Origin: an uncultured Candidatus Saccharibacteria bacterium
GTDB taxonomy: Bacteria > Patescibacteriota > Minisyncoccia > Phycocordibacterales > Phycocordibacteraceae
Direction of reading: 5' to 3'
Assembly (NCBI GenBank): GCA_964371445.1
Contig: CAYJLK010000003.1
Location: 1,108 to 65,107, forward strand
DNA length: 64,000 nt
The stretch's first letter is position 1. Each line of letters opens with the position of its first letter. The notes below the pieces were generated by a model. The model was not told the DNA's origin and searched no databases. It worked only from the letters and a program-made list of their open reading frames with translations. A program made the position numbers and the translations under genes. This document shows, piece by piece, positions 46,459 through 56,055 of the stretch.

Positions 46459-47229
46459 TCAGGCAACAGCGACCTTCGAGTACTTGTTGATGATGATGAT
46501 CTCTGATGGACCATTCTTTGGAATGAACTTGACCGCGAGCGACACACGGTTGTCAGCGTTCAGTGCATCCCAGTACGTCCCCGCAATGAAGTTGGCATCG
46601 CCGCCGAGTGGCATGAGGTACGGCTCGCCCTGGAATGCCGGTAACGGCTCGTCGTCGCCGGAGTAGGTGTGGAAGCAGTAGCCGAAGCCCTTCCCCAGAC
46701 CATTTATTTCGTACAGATGGCGGTCGCATGCGTCATCCCACAGCGACTTCCGTTGGATTGCCATTTCGACACGCGCCGTACCATTCACCCACGAGGAAAC
46801 GGCCGTGATGCGGGGCGTGAAGTTCGGCCTGTCTGGTTCATACTGGAAATGGCGCGTTGCCTTTCCGAGCGATTCGCCGTTGAAGTACGCAAGTTTGACG
46901 ATGTCGGTCTGGTGGCCGTTACTGACCACACTCACGGCAATGTCGTCGGGTGACAACGTCTCGTCCATCGCGTTATAGATGATGAGCGACGAGTCCTTGA
47001 CCTTCGACTGGTCGGCCGCCTCAGTAAACAGGCGACTGCCTTCGCTCCCGAAAATGCGATTCCGGCTGTTCTCGCTTCGGCCCATAATCCAATACACCTG
47101 GACCAAGGACTGTCCCGAATCATTCAGTCCGACGACGATGCCGCGGCCGGGATAGGGATTCTTCGTGAGTGCTTCGAGATTTGATGCGGCCGCGCGCAAT
47201 ATGCTGGCCAGGACGACGGATTCTTTCAT
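46459..47229 (-). CDS. IMP cyclohydrolase-like (PurO-type Ntn fold) protein
   Basis: YPGRGIVVG, YWIMGRSENSRNR, LIIYN, VSNGHQTD, YEPD.PNFTPRI; GAGGGG SD; promoter TTGACC-17-TAGAGT abutting the ung stop. Confidence 0.8.
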   Translation of the reverse strand: MKESVVLASILRAAASNLEALTKNPYPGRGIVVGLNDSGQSLVQVYWIMGRSENSRNRIFGSEGSRLFTEAADQSKVKDSSLIIYNAMDETLSPDDIAVSVVSNGHQTDIVKLAYFNGESLGKATRHFQYEPDRPNFTPRITAVSSWVNGTARVEMAIQRKSLWDDACDRHLYEINGLGKGFGYCFHTYSGDDEPLPAFQGEPYLMPLGGDANFIAGTYWDALNADNRVSLAVKFIPKNGPSEIIIINKYSKVAVA

Positions 47230-47316
47230 GTTCAGATCCCCTCTATGAGAACTTCGATGGAAACAACAATGGATTGACTCCGTCGGGACTCTACGCTTCT
47301 TCCCGTTTCTGGTCAA

Positions 47317-47985
47317 CTATAGCCAGTCGATGGGGGGTTCGTTGTGGGAAATGAGGTAGTCATTTGCTTTAGAGAAGTGCTTACAGCCGAAGAAGCCTGA
47401 GGCGGCAGAGAATGGTGAGGGGTGTGGGGCTTCCAATACTAAATGTTTTGTGCGGTCTATGTGCGCGCCCTTCACCTTCGCATAGTTGCCCCAGAGCATG
47501 AAGACGAGATGCTCACCTTCCTCGGAGAGTACCTTGATAACCGCATCGGTAAATTGCTCCCACCCCCTCTCCTGGTGCGAGCCGGCAGTGTGCGCACGCA
47601 CCGTGAGTGTCGCGTTGAGGAGAAGTACACCCTGCTCTGCCCACCGTGTTAAATCGCCGTCGGTGTGCACAAGCGGTTTGCCAAAGTCGCTCGCTATCTC
47701 TTTAAACATGTTCTGGAGCGAGGGTGGAACACGTGTCTCTGCATCAACGGCGAATGCAAGACCGTTCGCCTGCCCTACCCCGTGATACGGATCCTGCCCC
47801 AGGATGACGACCTTTACCTTCTCAAACGGACACAGATCGAAGGCACGGAAGATGTTCTTGGGCGCCGGGTACACTGCGCCGTTTTTATATTCATCCTTCA
47901 CGAATGCCGAAAGCTCTGCAAAATACGGCTTTTCAAACTCGCCCGTAAGATGCTTCTTCCACGACGGATCAATTTTCACTTCCAT
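47317..47985 (-). CDS. ung: Uracil-DNA glycosylase (family 1)
   Basis: VILGQDPYH, PPSL.N, GVLLLN, HPSP.S. Confidence 0.96.
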   Translation of the reverse strand: MEVKIDPSWKKHLTGEFEKPYFAELSAFVKDEYKNGAVYPAPKNIFRAFDLCPFEKVKVVILGQDPYHGVGQANGLAFAVDAETRVPPSLQNMFKEIASDFGKPLVHTDGDLTRWAEQGVLLLNATLTVRAHTAGSHQERGWEQFTDAVIKVLSEEGEHLVFMLWGNYAKVKGAHIDRTKHLVLEAPHPSPFSAASGFFGCKHFSKANDYLISHNEPPIDWL

Positions 47986-48596
47986 ACCTTGGTGATAAGC
48001 GGCACGAATGCAAAACCTTCATGACGGGTAATTTTGATGCCGCCGCCCGCGCGGTCCACGACACAAATAGCTTCCTGTACCGGGATGACCATCCGACCGC
48101 CGTCTTTCAATTGCCGCACGAGCGCGTCCGGTATCTCGTCGGCGGCCGCCGAAACGAGAATGCGGTCAAAGGGCGCTGCGTCAGGCTTGCCGAGCTCGGA
48201 CCCCGCCTGTTCAATGCGGGCGTTCTCAAATGAGTACGTCCCGAGATTTTTGGAGCCGGACGCGACAAGCTCGGGAATGCGCTCAACGCCGATGACCGAG
48301 CCTTCGGGGCCAACCATATGTGCGAGGAGCGCGGTCGTCCAGCCCGAACCGCTCCCCACATCCAGCACACGGTCACCCGGGCGCGCCGCGAGCCATTCAA
48401 GGCAGTACGCGACCACGGTCGGCTGAGAAATAGTCTGCTCCGCGCCTATCGGCAGAGCCGTGTCCTCGTACGCCTCCGCCTGCAGCGGTTCCGGCACGAA
48501 CCGCGCGCGATCAATGGCGTGGAAAGCATCCTCGACCGTCGTCGTCGTAATTGCTCCGGAATCTTTTAGAGAGGCGATGAGCGTTGCGTTCGTCAT
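47976..48596 (-). CDS. pcm: Protein-L-isoaspartate O-methyltransferase
   Basis: AYED..LPIG..QTISQP, VLDVGSGSGW, APFDRI.VSAA, GGRMVIPV. Confidence 0.92.
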   Translation of the reverse strand: MTNATLIASLKDSGAITTTTVEDAFHAIDRARFVPEPLQAEAYEDTALPIGAEQTISQPTVVAYCLEWLAARPGDRVLDVGSGSGWTTALLAHMVGPEGSVIGVERIPELVASGSKNLGTYSFENARIEQAGSELGKPDAAPFDRILVSAAADEIPDALVRQLKDGGRMVIPVQEAICVVDRAGGGIKITRHEGFAFVPLITKVWK

Positions 48597-48865
48597 AGCG
48601 CGCCTTCTTTTTCGAGTAACCGCCTCTTCGCGCGCTCCCCGCCGCGATTGTAATCACCTACCCTTCCGTCGGCGCGCACGACTCGATGACACGGCACCGC
48701 CGGATCATAATTATTCTTCATGACGGTGCCGACCGCGCGCGCGGCGCCCGGATAGCCGATCGCCTGCGCGACCGCTCCGTAGCTCTTTGTTTCTCCTCTC
48801 GGTATCTGTCGCACGGCGTCTCGAACGCGGTCGGCAAATGAGCTATTTTTTCTTATTTTTCGCAT
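48593..48865 (-). CDS. Single-domain O6-methylguanine-DNA methyltransferase
   Basis: IPRGETKSYG, AARAVG, VPCHRVV; start uncertain. Confidence 0.85.
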   Translation of the reverse strand: MRKIRKNSSFADRVRDAVRQIPRGETKSYGAVAQAIGYPGAARAVGTVMKNNYDPAVPCHRVVRADGRVGDYNRGGERAKRRLLEKEGAL

Positions 48866-49643
48866 GAAGCTCTTGGAGAATCTTGCCGGCGCTCTCACGA
48901 TACGTACAGTAATCGCACGGTCCGCCGCCGAAGGCCGTACCGATGGGCGGAATCTCGTCGCTCATCAACATCTTTTTCAGATCAAAGATTGCCGGCTCCA
49001 CCCACGTGTCGCTGCCGGTGTACGGGATGAGCTCTATGTCGAATTCGAGCCTGCCGTCAAAGGCTTCCGCATCTGACTTTCCGTTCACGTAGACGAAATA
49101 GACGGTCGGCGAGACGGCAAAACCGTTTTTACGGAACAGCCACTGGTAGATCTCGAGCTGCCGCTTGTAGGAGTCGTAGAGATCGTCTTCGGTGCTCGGC
49201 CCTATCTTCTTGCTCGTCGCCTTATAGTCGACGATGATAAGCTCGCCCAAGGGATTCACCCATACGTCGTCGACGCCGCCGCGTATAAGAAGATTCGTCG
49301 GTTCGTGAAGAAACGCGATGCCGCGCCGGAGCGCGTCGCGCCACTCCTCCATCCGCTCGTCGACGAGCGGTACCGCATCGAGACCGTACTTCTCCACCAG
49401 AGGATGCTTGCTCCCCTTCGCGCGATGAATATCGAACTCGCGCTTCAGAAGCTCGTCGACCGCGTTATTGAGCGTGAACGCGGGCATCGAGGGACGCTTC
49501 ACGCCGAGCCGCAGATCGAGATAGGCGCAGCGCGGACACTCGGAGAACAGATCGATCTTCGAGCGGCTTACCTTAAAGGGCTCCGGCGAGGCAGGATCGA
49601 ACGGTCCGCGAGTATACTTTCCTTTTGCATTGCTCGCCGCCAT
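48843..49643 (-). CDS. PD-(D/E)xK nuclease family protein
   Basis: SRSKI..F.ECPRC, GGVDD...IIVDYKAT, QLEIY, CDYC. Confidence 0.82.
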   Translation of the reverse strand: MAASNAKGKYTRGPFDPASPEPFKVSRSKIDLFSECPRCAYLDLRLGVKRPSMPAFTLNNAVDELLKREFDIHRAKGSKHPLVEKYGLDAVPLVDERMEEWRDALRRGIAFLHEPTNLLIRGGVDDVWVNPLGELIIVDYKATSKKIGPSTEDDLYDSYKRQLEIYQWLFRKNGFAVSPTVYFVYVNGKSDAEAFDGRLEFDIELIPYTGSDTWVEPAIFDLKKMLMSDEIPPIGTAFGGGPCDYCTYRESAGKILQELHAKNKKK

Positions 49644-49644
49644 A

Positions 49645-50121
49645 TCAGTCGGTGGTCGAGAAGTATGCGACGACGCGCGCACCGGTATCAAAGTCGACAT
49701 ACACGCTATTGACCGCAGGGTCGAAGATTCCGCCGCCGTCATCGCGGTACAGCTGTACCGCATAGGAACGGCCCGCTTCGGTCGCGCGCAAAAGCGAGAC
49801 GGGGAAATTGCTCCTTGGTCCTCCGACGCGCGCGGCGCCGAGCACATTCCCAAGATCGCCACCATTCACTTCGCGCACGGCGATCCAGATACCCGGCGGC
49901 GGCACGGTCACCGATTCGACGATAACCGTGTCGCCGGAAAGCTGGTCGGCAACGGAAATGGCTCCGCTTTTTTGCCTCAGGCTTTCGGTGTTCGTCGCGA
50001 GATTCGATGGAGACCGCAGCGAGACAAATAGGGAATCATTGCCGAGGAACCACGCACCCGCGAGCAACACGCCGAACATAACGCCGGTGATGAAAGAATT
50101 CATGGAAAAGTTTTTTGTCAT
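49645..50121 (-). CDS. Membrane-anchored exported hypothetical protein
   Basis: N-terminal TM then a beta-rich domain; ATGA overlap with the upstream gene. Confidence 0.65.
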   Translation of the reverse strand: MTKNFSMNSFITGVMFGVLLAGAWFLGNDSLFVSLRSPSNLATNTESLRQKSGAISVADQLSGDTVIVESVTVPPPGIWIAVREVNGGDLGNVLGAARVGGPRSNFPVSLLRATEAGRSYAVQLYRDDGGGIFDPAVNSVYVDFDTGARVVAYFSTTD

Positions 50122-50987
50122 AAAGGGGCGCGGTGATGCGGCATTTCCGGAAGATCGAGCAGGCCTTCAGCTTCTGCGAGAAGCTCGCCGACGCGCGAGC
50201 TCGAGAGGTGCAGCGCGTCGAGCTGGCGGCGGTCTTTCACAATCTCGTCGACGGCGATGATACCACGCTCGATAAGGAGCCGCTTCTCGGCGCGCGCGAG
50301 CCCAGTCAAGGCGGTTACCGGATACACCGCCGTGCGGCTCATGCGCATAAAAAGACTGTCATGCACCGGATAGCTCCATCCGAGAAGTTCGACACCGGCG
50401 CACTCAGCATAGGCAATCGCCTCTGAAGTAAATTTGGTATTGGTAACCAAGAGGCCGCGATTAATCGGGCACATGCGTACCGACGGATCGCATGCGAAGA
50501 TATCGTCGAAACGGCTCTTCACATAGAGTGCCACCTTCAGATCGGTCTTATATCCCGGATCATTATGATATTTCAGCTCTGCGGCGAGAAAATCTCCTTG
50601 TCCCGCATGCGACGCATAGAAGTCGACCTCGTGCGAGACGCACTTCCCTCGTATCATCTTGCGTGTCTCGACTTGCCATCCTTCTGTACGGAAAAGGTGC
50701 GAGATAAAATCTTCAAACGGGTGTCCGGTAGGGCCGAGTTCAAGCAGAGCGCGGCGCAATGCATAGCGCGCGGCGACAGGACGCGCCTCTTTCCGCAGGA
50801 GACCGAACGCGCGCGCGTAAATCTCTTTCGAGGAGATGCCCGGTATAATCGTATTCGTAATAGATTCGGCTATGCGTTGCGCCGTGTGCGGGCCCGCGCC
50901 CGCCCTCTCGAGAGAGAAGATCAGCCGCACTGGATCGAATATCTCGTTTGAACCGTCGGCTTTGGTGATGATTGGTAGCGTCGTCAT
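50118..50987 (-). CDS. ATP-cone plus restriction-endonuclease-like domain protein
   Basis: ITKADG..E.FD..L..SL; GHPFE...HEVD...ELKYHN. Confidence 0.8.
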   Translation of the reverse strand: MTTLPIITKADGSNEIFDPVRLIFSLERAGAGPHTAQRIAESITNTIIPGISSKEIYARAFGLLRKEARPVAARYALRRALLELGPTGHPFEDFISHLFRTEGWQVETRKMIRGKCVSHEVDFYASHAGQGDFLAAELKYHNDPGYKTDLKVALYVKSRFDDIFACDPSVRMCPINRGLLVTNTKFTSEAIAYAECAGVELLGWSYPVHDSLFMRMSRTAVYPVTALTGLARAEKRLLIERGIIAVDEIVKDRRQLDALHLSSSRVGELLAEAEGLLDLPEMPHHRAPL

Positions 50988-51394
50988 AACACGCTTGAAG
51001 TCGCCGTCGAACCGTTGACCATCACTGTAAACGGGAGACGCGCAGGTGCGGTGATTGTCGTCTCAAACGCCGCACGCGTCGGCAACTGAAGGCACACGCC
51101 TGTGTCAGTCGGTAAAGTAATATTTACCAGGATGCTTTGCGTTGTTGACGCGTCGCCCTGGAGCATGGCTTCCGCCGAGGCAAAGGTGCAGGCATTCGGC
51201 GCTTCAACCGAGCCGGTAATGGTGTGGACGCCTTTTTTGAACACATCGCGCAGCGTGACGGTCGGTATGTTCGCTGCCGCGCCTTCCGGCGCCGCCTCTC
51301 TTACATCGCGCGTATGCGGTACCGACAGGACAAATCCGATGAGAATGACAATTGCGATAATAGTCGCAGAAATCCAAAGGCGCTTGTGGTTCAT
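50984..51394 (-). CDS. Membrane-anchored exported hypothetical protein
   Basis: N-terminal TM, PNAC...CLQ cysteine pair; ATG 6 nt after TGgTAGTAT. Confidence 0.7.
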   Translation of the reverse strand: MNHKRLWISATIIAIVILIGFVLSVPHTRDVREAAPEGAAANIPTVTLRDVFKKGVHTITGSVEAPNACTFASAEAMLQGDASTTQSILVNITLPTDTGVCLQLPTRAAFETTITAPARLPFTVMVNGSTATSSVL

Positions 51395-51409
51395 GCGGTA
51401 ATACTACCA

Positions 51410-51440
51410 CCCCATTGGACAAAAAATCAGTCCAACGGGG
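51410..51440. repeat. CCCC...GGGG hairpin of the MITE family
   Basis: CCCCATTGGAC-AAAAAATCA-GTCCAACGGGG; resembles the ends of 55977-56055. Confidence 0.65.
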
Positions 51441-51450
51441 CATGCCACCT

Positions 51451-52368
51451 CTACAAAATAATGCCTCCCCCAATTAGCTCTCCATCGCGATAGAAGACGA
51501 CTGACTGTCCGGGAGCGGGGATCTCGGGAAGCGGCTCGGTGCTTAGAAAGCAATCATGCTCGATACGTCCAGCGATGCACCGACCGCGATAACGGTACTG
51601 TGCCTCGGTAGCCGAGGAGGGTGCGGCAAGCCAGTTTGCATCGGTAAACCGGATCTCGTGCGAGCCCCCGACGCGTGCCTTTGAAACAGTGATTTCTTTC
51701 TTTTCCACGTCCTTCCCGATGACATATCCGCCGCGAGCTCGCTCGCCGATAGTGTACAGAAGAGCCGGATTATCGGTTCCGAACTCATGTGCTAGAAACT
51801 CTTTCACGGAAACTGCTCCGAGAAAGCAGATGCCTTGGCTGTCTTTCTTCTCCGCCACTGGCAGGCCGAAGTGCTTCGCAAGCGCGCGCACATCGTCCTT
51901 ATTCATCTTCCCTATCGGGAACAGCGCTGCCTCCAGAATGTCTTTCGGCACCGCCCACAGGAAGTAACTTTGATCTTTCTCGCCGGCGCGATAATGTCCG
52001 GTCGCGATAGCGTCGGCTCCGTGGGCCTTCGCGAAACGATGAAACGCGCCGAATTTCACTTCCCGATTGCACATGACGTCCGGATTCGGCGTCCGCCCCG
52101 CGCGATATTCGGCAAGCAGGTAGTCGATAACGCTTTTTTTGTATTCGACGCTCGCGTCGAGTGTGAGAAACGGGATGTGGAGGCGAGCCGCCACCCGCAT
52201 CGCGTCGCGGCGCTCATTCGCCCAGGTGCAGGGCATCCCTGGCGGATACCAGCCTTTGATGAATACGCCGGTCACCTGCGCCCCCGCTTCCTTCAGCAAT
52301 GCCGCCGACACGGCGCTGTCCACGCCGCCAGAAAGCCCGACGAATATTTTCTTCCCTTTCACGTCCAT
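51451..52368 (-). CDS. mnmA: tRNA 2-thiouridylase MnmA
   Basis: SGGVDS, GRTPNPDVMCN, ATGHY, KDQSYFL, KKDSQGICF, PGQSVVFY. Confidence 0.95.
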   Translation of the reverse strand: MDVKGKKIFVGLSGGVDSAVSAALLKEAGAQVTGVFIKGWYPPGMPCTWANERRDAMRVAARLHIPFLTLDASVEYKKSVIDYLLAEYRAGRTPNPDVMCNREVKFGAFHRFAKAHGADAIATGHYRAGEKDQSYFLWAVPKDILEAALFPIGKMNKDDVRALAKHFGLPVAEKKDSQGICFLGAVSVKEFLAHEFGTDNPALLYTIGERARGGYVIGKDVEKKEITVSKARVGGSHEIRFTDANWLAAPSSATEAQYRYRGRCIAGRIEHDCFLSTEPLPEIPAPGQSVVFYRDGELIGGGIIL

Positions 52369-52422
52369 GGGTGCAGTCTACTGGAATCGGCCATTCATTC
52401 CCAGTCGCTGTAAGGCGAGGCT

Positions 52423-53379
52423 TTACTTCAAATACTTCCGTTGGTTTGCCTGGTGGCCGGCGTAGGTGGCGGCGTAATGCATCACGCCGTCCTTGTCGGT
52501 GAGGTAATACAAGTAATCCGTTTCTGCAGGATGGAGCGCCGCATCGAAAGAATCGAGCCCGGGATTGCCGATCGCGCCGGGAGGCAAGCCGGTGTGCGTG
52601 TAAGTGTTATACGGCGAGTTCACTTTTAAATCGGCGTATGACGGCGAATAGGTATCGCGTTCAAAAATATACCCGAACACCGCATCAACCTGGAGCGGCA
52701 TGCCGCGCGCGAGACGATTCCACAAGATACCGCTTACCATGCGTCTGACTGCAGCAGTGCGCGCCTCTTTCTCAAGGAGCGAGGCCATGATGACGATGTC
52801 GGAGAGCGAATGTTCCGAAGCGCGTATCTCGTCTAGAAGCGAGGTGGTTTTCGCATCAAAATTTGTACGCATCGCCGCGACAACAGATGCCGCATCTGAA
52901 GCCGGAGAGAAGAGGTAGGTGTCCGGGAACAGATAACCTTCGCGCGGCTTCGCTTCCGTAATGAAATCTCCCGCTGTGATTTCCGGAAATGCGATCTCTA
53001 TGTGTGTCGCCATCTCGCGCACGGTCGTCCCCTCGGGAAACGTGAGCCGTACCGGCGGGAAGCCGTAATCGCCCGCCACGAGACGAAAAGCGACCGCAAA
53101 CACGTTTTGGGGTGCGGTAAAGCGATAGGCGCCCGCGTGTATACTGCCGCTCGTGCCCGAAAGGCGCAGGATAGAGCGCAGAACAAACGGATTCGCGACG
53201 ATGTGCGCATCGGCGAGCAGCTCGGCTGCAGCCGGCGCCGATGATCCTTTTGAGATACTCACGATACTCTCCGCGGGAAAATCCGCAGGCGCAGAAAACA
53301 AAAGGCGGTATCCGACGACGATACTCACTGCAAGCGCGAATGCCACCACCCACCCGGCCTGCCGTTTGAGAAAATCCAT
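52423..53379 (-). CDS. mltG: Endolytic transglycosylase MltG
   Basis: EGYLFPDTY, ASLLEKE, PLQVDA, SPYNTY...GLPP..I.NPG. Confidence 0.93.
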   Translation of the reverse strand: MDFLKRQAGWVVAFALAVSIVVGYRLLFSAPADFPAESIVSISKGSSAPAAAELLADAHIVANPFVLRSILRLSGTSGSIHAGAYRFTAPQNVFAVAFRLVAGDYGFPPVRLTFPEGTTVREMATHIEIAFPEITAGDFITEAKPREGYLFPDTYLFSPASDAASVVAAMRTNFDAKTTSLLDEIRASEHSLSDIVIMASLLEKEARTAAVRRMVSGILWNRLARGMPLQVDAVFGYIFERDTYSPSYADLKVNSPYNTYTHTGLPPGAIGNPGLDSFDAALHPAETDYLYYLTDKDGVMHYAATYAGHQANQRKYLK

Positions 53380-53384
53380 ATACC

Positions 53385-54776
53385 CTAGGTCGGGAGGTTA
53401 GAAGGAGCTTCGCCGGTAGCCGAGTGGATGCGCTCGAGACCCGGCGCCTGGACTCCTTGCGAAGGAATATGGAAGACCGTCGCGAGTTCCTCGGTACTCA
53501 TCACCATCGCGTCATGTCCGTGCTTACCGCCTTCGAAGAACGGGTCATAGAAGAACTGCCGGCGGCGATACGCTTCGACCATATCGCGGCGGAAATGATT
53601 CTTCCTCTTCTCGACGTTTATTTCCCAAGGATAATCGTCAAACGTTTTCATCCACGCCGTTGAGTTGATGCCGTTCCATCCTTCCGTGCTGAACGGCTTG
53701 AAGAGTCCGATCAAGTGGCTGATCATCGGACCGTTGAAATGCTCAGGCCTCGCGAGATAGATGCCGCGCGCGCCGACATCAAACGCGAGCTTCGAAGTAT
53801 TGCGCTCCATAGCGGCCATCTTCTCCATCTGACCCTTGGTCGGATTCGGGAATCCTGGCCGCTCTTCGCCGGTGAATATGTCAATATAGGAATCGCGCGT
53901 CGCCCTACGGATCTCCTCCACCATCTCCTTCGCTTCGTCCTGCCAGGTATAGGGCTTGCCTTCCTTGTTCAGCCGACTGCTCTTGTTGCCTGCGGGCGTG
54001 GTCCCGTATTTCTCGCCTTTGTGGACACGGATAACGAACTGAAGCCAGAGATACTCGCCTTTCCCGATGGAACCCATAAATTCAATGAGGTTTGCGAGCG
54101 GATCGACCTGTTCAGGCTCCTTCTGTACTTTATCGAGCCCGTATTCGATATACGTCTTTATCGGGAGCGGATCCTTGGCGGTATGCACGAAATCGCAGCC
54201 CCAGATGCCCCACTCTTCGGGCGTCGCGGAGATGAGACGCGTGTAATCGAGCGCCTCGACTATCTGCACGCCCGGGTACTGCGCATACATCTGGGATTCG
54301 ATGAGCCGACGGAGGGCCGCTCGCGTCCATATGAAAAAATGTATCTGACCTTCCATCGAAACTAATTCGAGCGACCAGAACGGACGGATGCCTCCCTTGA
54401 AACGCGCATACCAGGTCGCTTCGCCGCCCGAGAGATGAATGCTCGAGAGGAATGCCTCCATCGCGAGCGGCGTCTTCACCAGATTGCGCGGCGGCTTTAT
54501 CTCCAAGAGGACATATTTCTGAGAGGCGATAAACTCGGAACGCTGGAGGATAATCCACACTCTCCACGCGCCGTCGATAAGAAGGATCGGCAGCCATATC
54601 GGCGCGAGGAAGAGCGCGATAGAGAGCGCGAGCGAGACCGCATCCGGCATGAGCATGAACGATACGGCGAGCAGGGCGAGACCAATGATGAAAATCGGCC
54701 ACTGTTCGAAGCGGATGCCGAGATTGTTGGTAATCTTCTTGCTGTATGCCTCAAGATCGTGAAGAAACGGTACCAT
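53385..54776 (-). CDS. Conserved membrane-anchored hypothetical protein
   Basis: Two TM helices, LLEIKPP, WSLELVS..G.I.F, IESQMYAQYP, PIKTY, EELATVFHIP. Confidence 0.75.
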   Translation of the reverse strand: MVPFLHDLEAYSKKITNNLGIRFEQWPIFIIGLALLAVSFMLMPDAVSLALSIALFLAPIWLPILLIDGAWRVWIILQRSEFIASQKYVLLEIKPPRNLVKTPLAMEAFLSSIHLSGGEATWYARFKGGIRPFWSLELVSMEGQIHFFIWTRAALRRLIESQMYAQYPGVQIVEALDYTRLISATPEEWGIWGCDFVHTAKDPLPIKTYIEYGLDKVQKEPEQVDPLANLIEFMGSIGKGEYLWLQFVIRVHKGEKYGTTPAGNKSSRLNKEGKPYTWQDEAKEMVEEIRRATRDSYIDIFTGEERPGFPNPTKGQMEKMAAMERNTSKLAFDVGARGIYLARPEHFNGPMISHLIGLFKPFSTEGWNGINSTAWMKTFDDYPWEINVEKRKNHFRRDMVEAYRRRQFFYDPFFEGGKHGHDAMVMSTEELATVFHIPSQGVQAPGLERIHSATGEAPSNLPT

Positions 54777-54798
54777 AGGGTGCACAAAGTATAGCAAT

Positions 54799-54834
54799 AA
54801 AAAGAGGCGGCGCCGTAGAGCGCCGCCTCTTTTT
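54799..54834. terminator. Intrinsic terminator
   Basis: AAAAAGAGGCGGCGC-CGTAGA-GCGCCGCCTCTTTTT. Confidence 0.88.
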
Positions 54835-54841
54835 GTGTGTA

Positions 54842-55921
54842 TTAGACAGCTGCGTAGCGGCCGTCCTTGAGGCGCTTGAAGTAGCGGGGGTCGTTTAGAT
54901 TTACCAAAATAGTGTTGTCCTTCACGAAGCGCGCCTTCTTCACGTGCTTGATGATCTCGTCCTTCTTCAGGGGACCCGTCTGTTCAAGCGTCTCACGAAT
55001 AACGTCGCGTACGACACCCGGCTTGTATCCCCACTCGGTAAGTGCATAGAGTCCGCGGCCGACCAGGACGAAGCGCGGGTCTTTGATGAGCTCGTTGTGC
55101 GTCGTCGCGATGTGCGCCTTCTTCGAGAAAAGCGTGCCGATGGTCTTCGCGACGGTCGAGAAGTGCATCGGTTCGCCATGGCGCTTGATAGCAAGATACG
55201 CATAGTCGCGGATGCCCTTGATGCGGATAGCAGGAGCGCTCATGCGACCCCACTCGGCGAGCGGATTGCTCCCGATATGTTTTGAAAGGGAGAGCCATCG
55301 CTTCAAGACCTCCTCGTTCTTATAGGCATCATTGACACTCTTCAGCTCGTCGAGGAACCGGTCGAGTAGTTCAGCTTCGGTAAGCACTTCATCATCGGAA
55401 AGCGACGTGTAGAGTTTGGAAAGCGCGTCATGGATGTTCTTCGCCGTCGCGCTGTCGATATGCCAGCGTGCGAGGAAATCGTTCGTCTCGCGCTCGCGGA
55501 AGAACGCCGAATCGAGTACGAGAAAGAAGCGGAATCGGTTGCGGCTCTTTTCATCTTTGCCGAGTGCGGCAAGAAGCGTCTCTTCGGGTACGATTGCGCC
55601 GAGAGAATCGATGTAGCGCGCAATCTCTTCAAACGCGGCACCTGATTCTTTGAAAACCTTGCTGGCGCGGATGGCGTCAAGCCCGGCGGCCTCGATCTGT
55701 CGGACGCGCTCGCGGGTGATGCTTGAACGATCGCCGATCGCTTCGAGCGTCTCTCGTGCGGGATTCGCACCCAACCCGAAACGCCGGATAAGAACCTCGC
55801 GAGCGCGCTCTGGCGCCGCGGAGAGGAGCCGTTTTACGAGCAGTGCACTGTCAAAAGAAAAGGATGCGCTCGGAGCGCTTTTCGCCTTGGAATGCTTTGC
55901 CGTCTGGCTCGCCTTGGTCAT
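54842..55921 (-). CDS. Sigma70 region-4 HTH fused to a HARE-HTH (RNAP delta-like) domain
   Basis: RRFGL...TLEAIG...ITRERVRQIE; PMHF...THNELIKDPRFVLVGRGLYALTEW. Confidence 0.75.
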   Translation of the reverse strand: MTKASQTAKHSKAKSAPSASFSFDSALLVKRLLSAAPERAREVLIRRFGLGANPARETLEAIGDRSSITRERVRQIEAAGLDAIRASKVFKESGAAFEEIARYIDSLGAIVPEETLLAALGKDEKSRNRFRFFLVLDSAFFRERETNDFLARWHIDSATAKNIHDALSKLYTSLSDDEVLTEAELLDRFLDELKSVNDAYKNEEVLKRWLSLSKHIGSNPLAEWGRMSAPAIRIKGIRDYAYLAIKRHGEPMHFSTVAKTIGTLFSKKAHIATTHNELIKDPRFVLVGRGLYALTEWGYKPGVVRDVIRETLEQTGPLKKDEIIKHVKKARFVKDNTILVNLNDPRYFKRLKDGRYAAV

Positions 55922-55976
55922 GTGGTCTAATTTATAGCAAATACCTTATAAAGAGTCAATAGGCGCGATTATACCA

Positions 55977-56055
55977 CCCCGTTAGAGACTAGGCTAGGTA
56001 GACAATTACACATCAAAGACCCCTAATTTATCTCGAAAAGGGGTCTCTAACGGGG
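55977..56055. mobile_element. 79-bp MITE-like element with 13-bp terminal inverted repeats and a 5-bp target duplication TACCA
   Basis: CCCCGTTAGAGAC ... GTCTCTAACGGGG; TACCA at 55972-55976 and 56056-56060. Confidence 0.82.

Noticed and set aside
47230-47290. Purine or ZTP riboswitch in the leader of the PurO-like gene
   Set aside because: The leader is only about 55 nt and lacks recognisable aptamer consensus.
48843-49643. Cas4 call for the Cys-containing PD-(D/E)xK nuclease
   Set aside because: There is no array or other cas gene; it sits among repair and housekeeping genes, so it is kept as a generic nuclease.
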